Assembly: GCA_964520365.1 (NCBI GenBank)
Contig: CAZFOT010000001.1
Coordinates: 1-61,885 of the forward strand
Direction of reading: 5' to 3'
DNA: 61,885 bases
From: an uncultured Hydrogenophaga sp.
GTDB taxonomy: Bacteria; Pseudomonadota; Gammaproteobacteria; Burkholderiales; Burkholderiaceae_C
The position numbers were made by a program, and so were the translations under genes. This document shows positions 20,979 to 31,127 of the stretch, piece by piece (the first letter of the stretch is position 1; each line of letters starts with the position of its first letter). The notes below the pieces were generated by a model that made no database searches, was not told the origin of the DNA, and worked only from the letters and a program-made list of their open reading frames with translations.

Positions 20979-21999
20979 GGAAGGTTTTCAAAACCTCTGC
21001 GCTCATCGCCCGATGTGAGACAGTGATGCCATGAAGCAAATGAGGCTAGGTGAGAGCGGATACGAGCGCAAGACCAAGAGGACACACAAGCGCGCGTTCC
21101 TCGATGAGATGAACCTGGTAGCGCCGTGGGCCGAGCTGGCTTCGTTGATTGCCCCGCACGCGCCGGCACCCGGCGCCAAAGGCGGGCGCCCACCCTTTGC
21201 GGTGGAGACCCTGCTGCGCGTCCACTTCCTGCAGCAATGGTTCAACCTGTCGGACCCGGCGATGGAAGAGGCGCTGTACGACACGCCGATGTTTCGCGAG
21301 TTCGCCGGACTGGACATGGGCGAGGAGAACCTGCCCGAAGAGAGCACCATTCTGCGCTTTCGTCATCTGCTGGAGCGCAACAACCTGAGCCGGCAGTTGT
21401 TGGCCACGGTCAACGCCACGCTTACGGCCCAGGGGTCTGCTGCTCAAGAGCAGCACGGTGGTCGATCCCACGCTGATTGCAGTTCCCACCTTGACCAAGA
21501 ACCGCAGCGGTGAGCGCGACCCCGAGATACATCAGAATGTGCTCGCTGACGCGGGCTACCAGAGTGTGGCCAAGCGCGAAGAGACGCAAGGCATCGAGGT
21601 GAACTGGCACGTGGCGATGCGCCCGGGCAAACGTAAAGCACTAGAGCACGCCCATGGGCGTGGTCATGGACCAGCTCGAACACGTCAAGGCCAGCATCCG
21701 CGCCAAGGTCGAACACCCGTTCCGGGTGATCAAGCGCCAGTTCGGGCATGTATTGGTGTGCTATCGCGGTCTGGCCAAGAATACGGCGCAACTGCACACG
21801 CTGTTCGCGCTCTCCAATTTGTGAATGGTGCGGTGCATGTTGCTGCAGGAAACGCGGGCATGAGTGCGTCTGCATGCGGCCACAGGACCTTGAAACGGGG
21901 CGAAATCGGCCTTGAAACGGACCTCGAGAATTTGAGATTGCCATCATCTGACATTGCACCGATCAACTCACGCCTTGGCGGGTGTTGTGCAGACCTTCC
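20979..21999 (+). mobile_element. IS5-subgroup insertion sequence, internally deleted and frameshifted
   Basis: IRs GGAAGGTTTTCAAAAC / GTTGTGCAGACCTTCC, CTAG on both sides (20975-78, 22000-03); transposase motifs LQQWFNLSDPAMEEALYD, ADAGYQ and [16 protein letters not shown] are split over frames. Confidence 0.9.
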
Positions 22000-22141
22000 C
22001 TAGAATGAGCGACCGCGATGCCATCATCGACAACCCAAATTCCAGACCTAGCGCACCCATGGCTTCGACACACCGAAAACCGTCTTCTCTCGTTTGCTCG
22101 TAATCGTACAGCGACCATCAACCTCAATTCATGATAGATTT

Positions 22142-23785
22142 ATGGCAATTCATAAATTTGACATTTTTGCGCCAAAATCGACAAGTTTCACCACTCAAAT
22201 GCGATTTATCGCGCTGGCTATATTCGCATTTTTTTCCGTCATCCAGTATCTGTATGGATCATATTTCTGGGCAGCGGATAGCTTTACCCTTGGCAATGAC
22301 GACGCATTCATAACGTATCGCTACGCAGTCAATTTGATCGAATACGGCGTTGTTAGCTTCAATGCCGAGGACAGCCCTCCGGTGGAGGGTTACTCAAATC
22401 CACTTTTCATGCTGATGAGCGCCATTGCTTATCTCTTATTTGGAAGCGACGGCGTCTATCTCACCATGGCAGTGGTTGGGGTGTTGGCAACGGCCCTAGC
22501 GCTTGTATCCATTGGTTGGCATGCTGAAAAATTCTACGGCAATGAAGTCGCAGGCTTCACGATTCTAAGCCTTGGATTTTTCCCAGGCCTTTGGATTAAT
22601 GCAACATCAGGGTTGGAAACTCCACTGGTTTTTCTAGCCCAAGTTTATATATGGATTCTCCTGATCGAATACCTGGAACACAGCGATCGCAAGCAGGCAG
22701 CGGGTCTGCTGGCTGCAACAGCGATTTTGGTTTTGCTGCGAACCGATGGCTTCACTTTTCCCTTTTTCGCAGCCGTGATTCTTGTATTGCGTGGCAGATT
22801 TCAAATGGCGATGCTGGTCGTAGCAGTTGCAATGGGAGTCTTTTTCGTTCTCATGGGCATACGTGAACTATATTACGGCCTGGCCATGCCTCTTCCGTAC
22901 TATGTCAAAATTTCCGGTGATCGTCTGTCCATGGCAACGCGGGCCATAAATGAATTGGCAGGAATGTCCTTGAAAAGCGGATTCTTTTTGCCTGCACTTG
23001 GATTGTTGCTTTCTGCCATCTTATTCTCTTGGAAATCCGGACGCAAAGGCCTGAAAGAGTTTTCTGCTTGGCCACCAGATCTTTTATTGTCAGCCTCCGT
23101 TTTGGCATACTATCTCATGATCGGTGGCGATATTTATCGCGAACGCTTTTTGCTGATTGTCATTGCAATTGGCACTCTTAATTTCTGGATCTTCATGAAA
23201 AAGCTGCAACCGAAGCGGCTTTGGATTGTTATGCTGATAGCAGCGACCTATTTAGCCTCGTCTTTCTGGGTTGACCCGCGCCTAACGTATCGTATAGCGC
23301 ACCCCAAATACGATCGTGCGGTAACGCTTGGCCGTTTTCTAAAACAAGAGCATCCTGACATTCTTCTCGCGACTGCAACGGCAGGGAAGCCGCCATACTA
23401 TAGTGGTTTATCCACCATCGATATCCTGGGGTTGAACGATCGCCATATCGCCATGATCGACTCCAAATCAAATATACCGGGTCATAGCAAATGGGACGAG
23501 GACTATGTCTTCGGGCGACGTCCCGGGCTAATTTGTGACCATATATATGGAGACGGTAGCCTGCCGTATGGTTTTACGCGCACAACCTACGAGGCGCGAG
23601 ACTATCGAGTGCTCTATTTGGTGCGTAGCAGCAATGCAGTTGGTGAGGACATTTTGGTAGTTGATAAGCTGACCCAGCAAGAGTTGTCCGCTTTAATCAA
23701 AAGTGGGTACAACTACGGCTGTATCGCTGCGAGGGATGTGGTGTCGAGCCATTCGAAGCCACATGACTACCTACCTACGGAATGA
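22142..23785 (+). CDS. GT-C membrane glycosyltransferase, arabinofuranosyltransferase (AftB)-like; start uncertain
   Basis: NDDAFITYRYAVNL...VEGYSNPL, SGLETPL, LLRTDG and IDILGLND..IA......PGHSK motifs; AT-richer than the flanks. Confidence 0.7.
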   Translation: MAIHKFDIFAPKSTSFTTQMRFIALAIFAFFSVIQYLYGSYFWAADSFTLGNDDAFITYRYAVNLIEYGVVSFNAEDSPPVEGYSNPLFMLMSAIAYLLFGSDGVYLTMAVVGVLATALALVSIGWHAEKFYGNEVAGFTILSLGFFPGLWINATSGLETPLVFLAQVYIWILLIEYLEHSDRKQAAGLLAATAILVLLRTDGFTFPFFAAVILVLRGRFQMAMLVVAVAMGVFFVLMGIRELYYGLAMPLPYYVKISGDRLSMATRAINELAGMSLKSGFFLPALGLLLSAILFSWKSGRKGLKEFSAWPPDLLLSASVLAYYLMIGGDIYRERFLLIVIAIGTLNFWIFMKKLQPKRLWIVMLIAATYLASSFWVDPRLTYRIAHPKYDRAVTLGRFLKQEHPDILLATATAGKPPYYSGLSTIDILGLNDRHIAMIDSKSNIPGHSKWDEDYVFGRRPGLICDHIYGDGSLPYGFTRTTYEARDYRVLYLVRSSNAVGEDILVVDKLTQQELSALIKSGYNYGCIAARDVVSSHSKPHDYLPTE

Positions 23786-23936
23786 ATGAGAGTTGTACCT
23801 ACTGAGACTTGATGGAGGGTGGTCGCCAGTCGTGTGGGGCCGATGCCCTCACCGGGCAGGCCGTAGCTGAAAACCGCCGCTTGGACGAATCAGGGGCGAC
23901 ACTCTGGCATTATCCGACCATAAATCCCAAATATCT

Positions 23937-25571
23937 ATGAGGAACACCACTCAACATCTTTCCTCGAGCCCCTGGCAACACAGCGATCAGACCGCTGATG
24001 TCGCAGGGTGGGTCAAAGTCTGCGTCGGCATCCTGATCTTGATCGGCCTGTGCGCGCGCCTGTCGCCGCTGCTCGACATCGAAGGCCGGCTGTTCTGGCA
24101 GTACATGACCGAGGACGGCTACCTGATGCAGACGGTGGCGCGCAACATGGCGATCGGCCTGGGCATGTCCACCGCCGAAGGCACCATCCCGACCAATGGG
24201 GTCCAACCCCTGGCCACCTACCTGTTCGCCGGGCTGCACTGGCTCGCCGGTGGCGACAAGACGATGGGCATCGTGCTGGTCACGTTGTTGTCCACGCTCA
24301 TCGCGGCGCTCTCGGCCTGGTTGCTTGCGCTCGTGGCCCGGCAGGTGTTCAGCGGCCTGCCCCATGGTCGTTCGTTGGCGAATCTGACCGCCGCGCTCTG
24401 GTTCGCTGCGCCACTGATCACGCGCCACAGCATGAACGGCCTGGAAACCGGTCTCTATCAGGCGGCGATCCTGCTGGCGACCGGGTACTACCTGGCGCGC
24501 TTCAGCGGCCATGAACTGCCCACCTGGGGCAGTCGGCTGCTGTTGGGGGTGCTGCTGGGCTTGGCCTTCCTGGCACGCAACGACGCCGTCTTCTTCATCG
24601 CGGCACTGCTGTTTGCCCATCTGGTGCTGTCGCCCGCAGGGCGCATGGATACCATGGGGCGCCGGCTGATCGATGCCCTGGTGGCCGGGATGATCAGCAT
24701 CGTGGTGGCCTCGCCCTGGCTGATTCACAACTACCTCGGTTTCGGCTCCATCGTGCCGATCAGCGGCACCGCACAGTCGCACGCGGCCGAAGTCGGCCGG
24801 AATCTGCCCTGGGTGGGAGCGACGCTTTTTGAAAACACCTGGTTGTGGCTGCCGCTGCCCAGTTCGATCGAAACCTTGCTGCCTGTGCAACTGGTGAGCT
24901 TGCTGGCCATCGTGGCGGTTTTGCTGGTCTACGGCTGGCTGGTGGGGCGGCAGATGGCCGTGGCACGGCGCCATTTCGTGTCGGGCGCCTTGTTCACTTT
25001 CGGGCTGGTTGCCTACTACGGCCTGTTCTTCGGTGCGAACTGGTTCCTGCCTCGCTACTTCTCGGCCGCTTCCCCCTTCCTGTGGTTGTGCACGGTGGGC
25101 GCGGTCTATGCCTTGGTCCGAGAGGTGAGGCTGCTGGCCCCGTTTCGGCCCGCGGCGGCCCCGCTCCTGGTCGGTCTGCTCACCGTGCTGGCCGTGGCCT
25201 TCGCCGCCAACGACTACCGCAAGGGCACGACGCACATGCACAAACAGGTGGTCGACTGGGCCCAAGAGCACCTGCAAGCCGACGTCTGGGCCGGCGCGCC
25301 CCAGACCGGGACGCTGGGGTATTTCCATGACCGCACCATCAACCTGGACGGCAAGGTCAACCCGCAGGCCCTGCGCCGACTGGTGGAGGACGGCCATATC
25401 CTGGACTACGTGCTCACGACACCGGTGGATTACATCATTGACTGGGTCGACATGGCGCAATGGGTGAACCATGACCAGCACAGCACCCGTTTCGGCCAGG
25501 AATTCGAGGTCGTCGTCGAGGACCCTGTCCGGAACCTGGCGGTGCTCAGGCGTCGGTCCGCCGCGCGATAG
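23937..25571 (+). CDS. Second GT-C type membrane glycosyltransferase
   Basis: First-loop acidic pair TEDGY, ARNMAIG, PTNGVQPL, NGLETG, LARND and NLDGKVN motifs; multi-TM. Confidence 0.65.
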   Translation: MRNTTQHLSSSPWQHSDQTADVAGWVKVCVGILILIGLCARLSPLLDIEGRLFWQYMTEDGYLMQTVARNMAIGLGMSTAEGTIPTNGVQPLATYLFAGLHWLAGGDKTMGIVLVTLLSTLIAALSAWLLALVARQVFSGLPHGRSLANLTAALWFAAPLITRHSMNGLETGLYQAAILLATGYYLARFSGHELPTWGSRLLLGVLLGLAFLARNDAVFFIAALLFAHLVLSPAGRMDTMGRRLIDALVAGMISIVVASPWLIHNYLGFGSIVPISGTAQSHAAEVGRNLPWVGATLFENTWLWLPLPSSIETLLPVQLVSLLAIVAVLLVYGWLVGRQMAVARRHFVSGALFTFGLVAYYGLFFGANWFLPRYFSAASPFLWLCTVGAVYALVREVRLLAPFRPAAAPLLVGLLTVLAVAFAANDYRKGTTHMHKQVVDWAQEHLQADVWAGAPQTGTLGYFHDRTINLDGKVNPQALRRLVEDGHILDYVLTTPVDYIIDWVDMAQWVNHDQHSTRFGQEFEVVVEDPVRNLAVLRRRSAAR

Positions 25572-26591
25572 GTGTCCGAATTGACACCTGCCGCCCCCAC
25601 CCGACCGACCATTCTCACGGCGTCGCGCCGATGGACTCTGGTCGCCGTGGCGGCCATCTACATGGCGGTGGCGGCCGTGCTGCTCTCGCGGCTCGATGCC
25701 CAGACGCTGAACCTCGCGGCCTCCCTGCCCTGGTGGCTGATCCTGTGCCTGCTGGGGTTGTCGCTGGTCAACTACGCTTTGCGCGCGGGGCGCTGGACAA
25801 TGCTCTCACGGGCCCTCGACTTGCGGGTACCCATTGGCGCGAACGTCCTGTACTACTTCAGCGGCTATTCGCTCACGGCCACGCCCGGCAAGGCCGGCGA
25901 GGCCATCCGGCTGTGGCTTCTGAAGTCCGGCCACGGGATCGCCTACAGCCGCTCCATGCCGCTCATGCTCGCAGACCGCGCCCTGGACATCTGGGCGGTG
26001 ATGCTGCTCACGCTGGTGTCCTTCTCCGGTTTCCAGGCCTACCGCTGGCACGGCGCCGCGCTCCTGGTGCTCGTCGTGGCAGTCTCCCTGCCCATCGTGC
26101 GGCCGCGCCTGCTGGAGCCGTTGCTGCTGGCAACGGCAAGCAAGATGAAGCGCCACACCCGGCTGCTCGTGCGCCTGCGGCGCGTGCTGCGCGCGATGGA
26201 CCGCCTGAGCAATTGGCGCACCTATGGCGCCACGCTGGTGCCCAGCGTGATCGGCTGGTGGGCCGAGGCTGCGGCGCTGTACCTGATCCTCCAGCACTTC
26301 GGTGCCGAGGTGAGCCTGGCCCACGCGGTGTTCGTGTTCTCGTTCAGCATGATCGTGGGCGCGATCAGCATGCTGCCCGGCGGCCTGGGCAGCACCGAGG
26401 CCACCATGGTGCTGCTGCTCACGGCGCTGGGCGTCGATCTCGAAGTGGCGCTGCTGGCGACCGCGATCGTCAGGGCCACGACCTTCTGGTTCGCGGTGGT
26501 GATCGGGCTCGCGCTGACCCCGTCGGCGTTGGCGGCATCGCGGCGGGCGGCAAATGCCGGCATTTCGCTCAACATGAAGGAAGCCGCCTGA
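25572..26591 (+). CDS. UPF0104 / LPG-synthase TM domain protein (putative lipid-linked sugar flippase)
   Basis: NYALRAGRW, TPGKAGEAIR, LPGGLGSTEA and RATTFW motifs. Confidence 0.8.
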   Translation: MSELTPAAPTRPTILTASRRWTLVAVAAIYMAVAAVLLSRLDAQTLNLAASLPWWLILCLLGLSLVNYALRAGRWTMLSRALDLRVPIGANVLYYFSGYSLTATPGKAGEAIRLWLLKSGHGIAYSRSMPLMLADRALDIWAVMLLTLVSFSGFQAYRWHGAALLVLVVAVSLPIVRPRLLEPLLLATASKMKRHTRLLVRLRRVLRAMDRLSNWRTYGATLVPSVIGWWAEAAALYLILQHFGAEVSLAHAVFVFSFSMIVGAISMLPGGLGSTEATMVLLLTALGVDLEVALLATAIVRATTFWFAVVIGLALTPSALAASRRAANAGISLNMKEAA

Positions 26592-27934
26592 TGCCGACCT
26601 GGGCACGACAAGAACTGACCGGCTGGGGGCGCGTGCTCCGGTCCACCGCGCAGGTCGCGCGGCCCGAGCGGCTGCGGGAACTGACCGGACATGTGAACGA
26701 TGGGCATGGCTCCCTGCTGGCGCGGGGCAATGGCCGCAGCTACGGGGACGCCGCGCTCAACGGCGATGGCCGGGTCATCCTGACGTCGCGCCTGGACCGG
26801 CTGCTGGCGCTGGACGAAGCCGGCAGCTCCGTCACCGTGGAGGCCGGCGCGAGTTTTGGCGATCTGGTGCGCACCCTGCTCCCCCTCGGCTATCTGCCGG
26901 CCGTGGTCCCTGGCACCGGCTTCGCCACCGTGGGCGGCGGCCTGGCGAATGACATCCATGGGAAGAACCACCACCGCAGCGGCAGCATCGGCCAGCAACT
27001 GGCATGGCTGGAGCTGCGCACGCCGGATGGGCGCCTGCACCGCATCCAGGGCGACGAAGACCACGAACTGCTGCGAGCCACGCTGGGTGGCGTGGGCCTG
27101 ACCGGCGTGATCGAGCGGGCCAGCATCCGGGTCGAACGCGTGCCGTCGAATGCGGTGGCCCTGCGGCGCGAGCGCATCGCCGATCTGGACGAGTTCCTGC
27201 AGCGTTTGCGTGAAGAGCAGGACCGCACGCCCTATGTGGTGGGCTGGATCGATGCCCTGGCGCGCGGCGCCCGGCTCGGAAGGGGCATCCTGGAGCTGGC
27301 CGGACCCAGCCCCGAAGGCGTCGCCCCGGCCAAGGCGCGCGCGCGCCGCGTGCCGGTCGACTTTCCCGCACTGGCGCTGAACCGCTGGAGCGTGCGCCTG
27401 TTCAACGAACTCTACTTCCGGCGCATTCCGACCCGGGGGCGCTCGGAGCTGCTGCCCTATGAGAACTTCCTGTTTCCCCTGGACGCGCTGCACGACTGGA
27501 ACCGGATCTACGGCCGCCGCGGCTTCCACCAGTTCCAGTGCGTGGTGCCTTACGAAACCGGCGCGTCGGCGCTGCGGCAGATGCTGGGCCTGATCGCCGA
27601 GGCCGGCCTCGGCTCCTTCCTCGCGGTGCTCAAGGCCATGGGGCCGGCCGGCCGGGGATACCTGTCCTTCCCGCAGCCGGGCTACACCCTGGCGCTGGAC
27701 TTCCCGAACGGGCCCGCGGTCGCCGGTCTGATCGGCCGTCTCGAGGCGATCACCTGCGAACACGGCGGGCGGACCTATCTCGCCAAGGACGCCACGCTCA
27801 CGCCGGAGCGCCTGCAGCAGATGTACCCGCAGCTCGACCGTTTCCGCGACGTGCTCGCGCAGATCGATCCGCACGGCCGCATGGCCTCCGACCTCTCCCG
27901 GCGGCTGCACCTGCGGGGGGAGCCCGTCGCATGA
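26591..27934 (+). CDS. DprE1-like FAD-linked polyprenyl-phosphoribose oxidase
   Basis: LTGWGR, RGNGRSYGDAA, VPGT..ATVGG..ANDIHGKNHH, YG..GFHQFQ and GGRTYLAKD motifs. Confidence 0.9.
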   Translation: MPTWARQELTGWGRVLRSTAQVARPERLRELTGHVNDGHGSLLARGNGRSYGDAALNGDGRVILTSRLDRLLALDEAGSSVTVEAGASFGDLVRTLLPLGYLPAVVPGTGFATVGGGLANDIHGKNHHRSGSIGQQLAWLELRTPDGRLHRIQGDEDHELLRATLGGVGLTGVIERASIRVERVPSNAVALRRERIADLDEFLQRLREEQDRTPYVVGWIDALARGARLGRGILELAGPSPEGVAPAKARARRVPVDFPALALNRWSVRLFNELYFRRIPTRGRSELLPYENFLFPLDALHDWNRIYGRRGFHQFQCVVPYETGASALRQMLGLIAEAGLGSFLAVLKAMGPAGRGYLSFPQPGYTLALDFPNGPAVAGLIGRLEAITCEHGGRTYLAKDATLTPERLQQMYPQLDRFRDVLAQIDPHGRMASDLSRRLHLRGEPVA

Positions 27935-28668
27935 AGGACCACTGGCTGATCATCGGGGCGACTTCCGCGGTGGCCCGGGCCTGCGCGCGCGAACTGGCGC
28001 AGCAGGGCGCGGACCTCACCCTGGTCGGCCGCGACCAGGACGACCTGGAAGCCACCGCCGGCGACGCGCGCCTGCGCGGCGCCGGCACCGTGCGCGCGCT
28101 GCACTGCGATGTCGGCGATCCCCAGGCCCGACAAACCCTGCTCGACCAGGCAGGGCTCGATCACGCGCGGCTGAACGTGCTGGTGGCCGTCGGCCTGATG
28201 CCCGAGCAGGACGCGATGGACGCCGACCCCACGCTGCTGGCGCGCATGGTGGACGCCACCTACACCGGGCCGATGGCCCTGCTGCAGGGCATGGCGCCGC
28301 ATTTCGAGCGCCAGGCCGGCGGACAGGTGGTCGTGATCGGCTCCGTGGCGGGCGATCGAGGGCGCCGCAAGAACTACCTCTACGGCTCGGCCAAGGCCGG
28401 CCTGGCCACCTATGCGGAAGGACTCCGGGCCCGGCTGTTCCCCTGTGGCGCCACCGTCACCGTGGTCAAGCCGGGCTTCATCGACACGGCCATGACCTGG
28501 GGCCTGCCCGGCTTGTTCCTCGTGGCTTCCCCGCAGTCGTGCGCACAAGCCATCCTGAAGGCTGCCCGCAAGGGACGCCCCGTGCTCTACCACCCGGGCT
28601 TCTGGCGCTTCATCATGTTGATCATCCGCCACATCCCGCCGACGATCATGAAGCGTCTCAAGTTCTGA
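27931..28668 (+). CDS. DprE2-like short-chain reductase
   Basis: IIGATSAVA, SVAGDRGRRKNYLYGSAKAG and KPGFIDT motifs; ATGA-coupled to the DprE1-like gene. Confidence 0.88.
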   Translation: MKDHWLIIGATSAVARACARELAQQGADLTLVGRDQDDLEATAGDARLRGAGTVRALHCDVGDPQARQTLLDQAGLDHARLNVLVAVGLMPEQDAMDADPTLLARMVDATYTGPMALLQGMAPHFERQAGGQVVVIGSVAGDRGRRKNYLYGSAKAGLATYAEGLRARLFPCGATVTVVKPGFIDTAMTWGLPGLFLVASPQSCAQAILKAARKGRPVLYHPGFWRFIMLIIRHIPPTIMKRLKF

Positions 28669-28681
28669 GCCAGGCCTCAGC

Positions 28682-29578
28682 ATGCAAACCACGCTAAGCG
28701 CTGCGCAAGTCGAGGAAGTCCGCCAGGTGCTGCTCGGGCCCGGCTCCGATGAATTGATCGATTTCGTCGTGCGATTGAACCTCTCGCTGCCGGTAGGCGA
28801 AGTCTCCAGCACGGTCATGGAGACCGCATCGAGGCTGGGATGGGCCAGCCTTGCGGACCCGCCTCGACTCAGTCTCCTGGGTTGTCTGGTCGCCGACCCG
28901 CTCAGGGAATACCGCTTCTGGCTGGACCGGGACCGGCGCATCCACGGCGAAAGGGAAAGCGCCCTGCTCGCTCCGGAAAGCTACGCGGGCCGATCGGTGC
29001 TCGAGGTCGGGTCGGGCTTCGGGTGCAACCTGCTGGCCCTGCACCGCAAGACGCATGGGCAGTTCGTGGGCGTCGAGCCGATGGCGATCTACCGCCAGTT
29101 CACGCCCCTGCTGGCCGAGCGCGAGGGCATGGCAGCGCCGAAGGTGGTCGATGGAACAGGAGAAGCGCTGCCCTTCGCGGACCGCCAGTTCGACATCGTC
29201 CTGTGCTATTCGGCCCACCAGTACATGGATATCCGCAAGGCCCTGCGGGAAATGGCAAGGGTGCTCAAGCCGGGCGGCCAGCTGCAGATCATCGGCGGCA
29301 CGCTGGATTCCTACGCCGCGGGACTGGGCAGGCACCTGATCAAGCACCCATCGCCAGGCCATCTGCTGAGCGGCGCACGCACGCTGGCCAATACCCTGAG
29401 CTATCAGTGGCTGGGCCGGCGCATGCTGGTATCGGCGTCGGCCTTTGCCACCGCGACGCCCATCTATCCCTCGCGCGCGGCCATGTACCGCTGGATCGCC
29501 TCGACGGGCCTGGCCATGCGCCACGACCTCGTGCAGCGCGTGGGCGAGGAAACCTGCTTCGTGGCAGACAAGCCCTGA
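28682..29578 (+). CDS. Class I SAM-dependent methyltransferase
   Basis: VLEVGSGFG, GEALPFADRQFDIV and EMARVLKPGG motifs. Confidence 0.85.
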   Translation: MQTTLSAAQVEEVRQVLLGPGSDELIDFVVRLNLSLPVGEVSSTVMETASRLGWASLADPPRLSLLGCLVADPLREYRFWLDRDRRIHGERESALLAPESYAGRSVLEVGSGFGCNLLALHRKTHGQFVGVEPMAIYRQFTPLLAEREGMAAPKVVDGTGEALPFADRQFDIVLCYSAHQYMDIRKALREMARVLKPGGQLQIIGGTLDSYAAGLGRHLIKHPSPGHLLSGARTLANTLSYQWLGRRMLVSASAFATATPIYPSRAAMYRWIASTGLAMRHDLVQRVGEETCFVADKP

Positions 29579-29617
29579 GCCCCGGCACTGCCTCGGACCA
29601 ACGAAGACACTCAGCCC

Positions 29618-31090
29618 ATGGAAAATAGACACCCCGCCCGACCAGATCCCTTGCCGTTCTGCGTGGATCTCGACGGCACCCTCATCCACACCGACCTGAC
29701 CTTCGAGAGCCTGCTTTCGGTGTTGAAGCAAGCGCCGTGGACCCTGTTCCTGCTCCCCCTCTGGCTGCTCAAGGGAAAGAGCCATCTGAAAGATCAGTTG
29801 GCGAAGCGGGCGCACCTGGACACCTCGGTGCTTCCCTACAACCCGGCCGTCGTGGAACTGACCCGGGCCGCCAGGGACGCAGGCCGCCCGACCATCCTGG
29901 TCACGGGCAGCCACGAACAACTGGCCCGGCGGATCGCCGACGACCTCGCGCTGTTCGACAGGGTGCTGGCCACGCAGGCCGGCAGCAACCTCATCGGCGC
30001 CAACAAGGCGCGCCGGCTGGACGAGGTGTTCGGGCAGGGCCGCTACGAATACGTGGCCAACGCCCGCGTGGATCTTGCCGTCTGGCGCGGCGCCTCGGCC
30101 GCCATCACCGTGAACGCCCCCCGGCGCGTCGTGCGCCAGGTGGCGGCCATGGGCAAACCCCACCAGGACCTGCCCAGGACCGGCAACCCCCTGCGGACCT
30201 GGCTGCGCGCCATCCGGATCCAGCAATGGGTCAAGAACTCGCTGCTGTTCGTTCCCATCCTCACCGCCCATGAGGTTCTGAACCTGGAGGCGGTCTTCAC
30301 CGGTCTCATCGCCTTCGTCTGCTTCGGAACCTGCGCATCCGCCACCTACATCGTCAACGACTTGCTCGATCTCGACGCGGACCGGCACCACCACAAAAAG
30401 AAGAAGCGCCCCTTCGCGGCAGGGACGCTCGGTGTGCAATGGGGCCTGGCCTCGATCGTGGGGCTGATGCTCGCGAGCCTGCTGCTCGCGCTGGCGCTGC
30501 CCCTTGGCTTCCAATTGAGCCTGCTTGCCTACCTGGTGACCACCCTGCTGTATTCGCTGTGGCTCAAGCGCGTGGCCAGCCTCGACGTGCTGGTGCTCGC
30601 GGGCCTGTACACGCTTCGGATCATTGCCGGCGGTTTCGCCACGGGCATCGATCTGTCGTTCTGGCTGCTGGCGTTCTCCATGTTCATCTTCCTGTCCCTG
30701 GCTCTCGTCAAGCGCGTGGCCGAGTTGGTGGAAGTGCACAAGCGAGAGCTGGCAACGGGGGCGGTCCTGGGCAAACTCCGAGGCCGCGAGTACGACACGG
30801 AGGACATCGCCGTCCTGCAGAGCCTGGGGACGAGCAGCGGCTACCTGGCCGTGCTGGTGCTTGCGCTCTACATCAACAGCGAAGAAGTGTTCGATCTGTA
30901 TCGGGCACCGGAACTGCTCTGGCTGATCGCCCCCTTGCTGCTGCTGTGGGTCACCCGCATGTGGGTCGTGACGGCCCGCGGCTACATGGACGAGGATCCG
31001 ATCTTCTACGCGGTCAAGGACCCCGAGACCTGGGCCACCGGAGCAACCGTGGTCTTGATCATGCTGGCGGCAACCTTTGTCGCCATCTGA
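29618..31090 (+). CDS. HAD-phosphatase/UbiA fusion, polyprenyl-phosphate phosphoribosyltransferase
   Basis: N-terminal VDLDGTLI (HAD); C-terminal QWVKN, YIVNDLLDLDADRHH..KK.RPFAAG and MDEDPI motifs. Confidence 0.9.
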   Translation: MENRHPARPDPLPFCVDLDGTLIHTDLTFESLLSVLKQAPWTLFLLPLWLLKGKSHLKDQLAKRAHLDTSVLPYNPAVVELTRAARDAGRPTILVTGSHEQLARRIADDLALFDRVLATQAGSNLIGANKARRLDEVFGQGRYEYVANARVDLAVWRGASAAITVNAPRRVVRQVAAMGKPHQDLPRTGNPLRTWLRAIRIQQWVKNSLLFVPILTAHEVLNLEAVFTGLIAFVCFGTCASATYIVNDLLDLDADRHHHKKKKRPFAAGTLGVQWGLASIVGLMLASLLLALALPLGFQLSLLAYLVTTLLYSLWLKRVASLDVLVLAGLYTLRIIAGGFATGIDLSFWLLAFSMFIFLSLALVKRVAELVEVHKRELATGAVLGKLRGREYDTEDIAVLQSLGTSSGYLAVLVLALYINSEEVFDLYRAPELLWLIAPLLLLWVTRMWVVTARGYMDEDPIFYAVKDPETWATGATVVLIMLAATFVAI

Positions 31091-31127
31091 CCTGGCCGCA
31101 AACAGACCACTGCCCGCCAACCACGCG

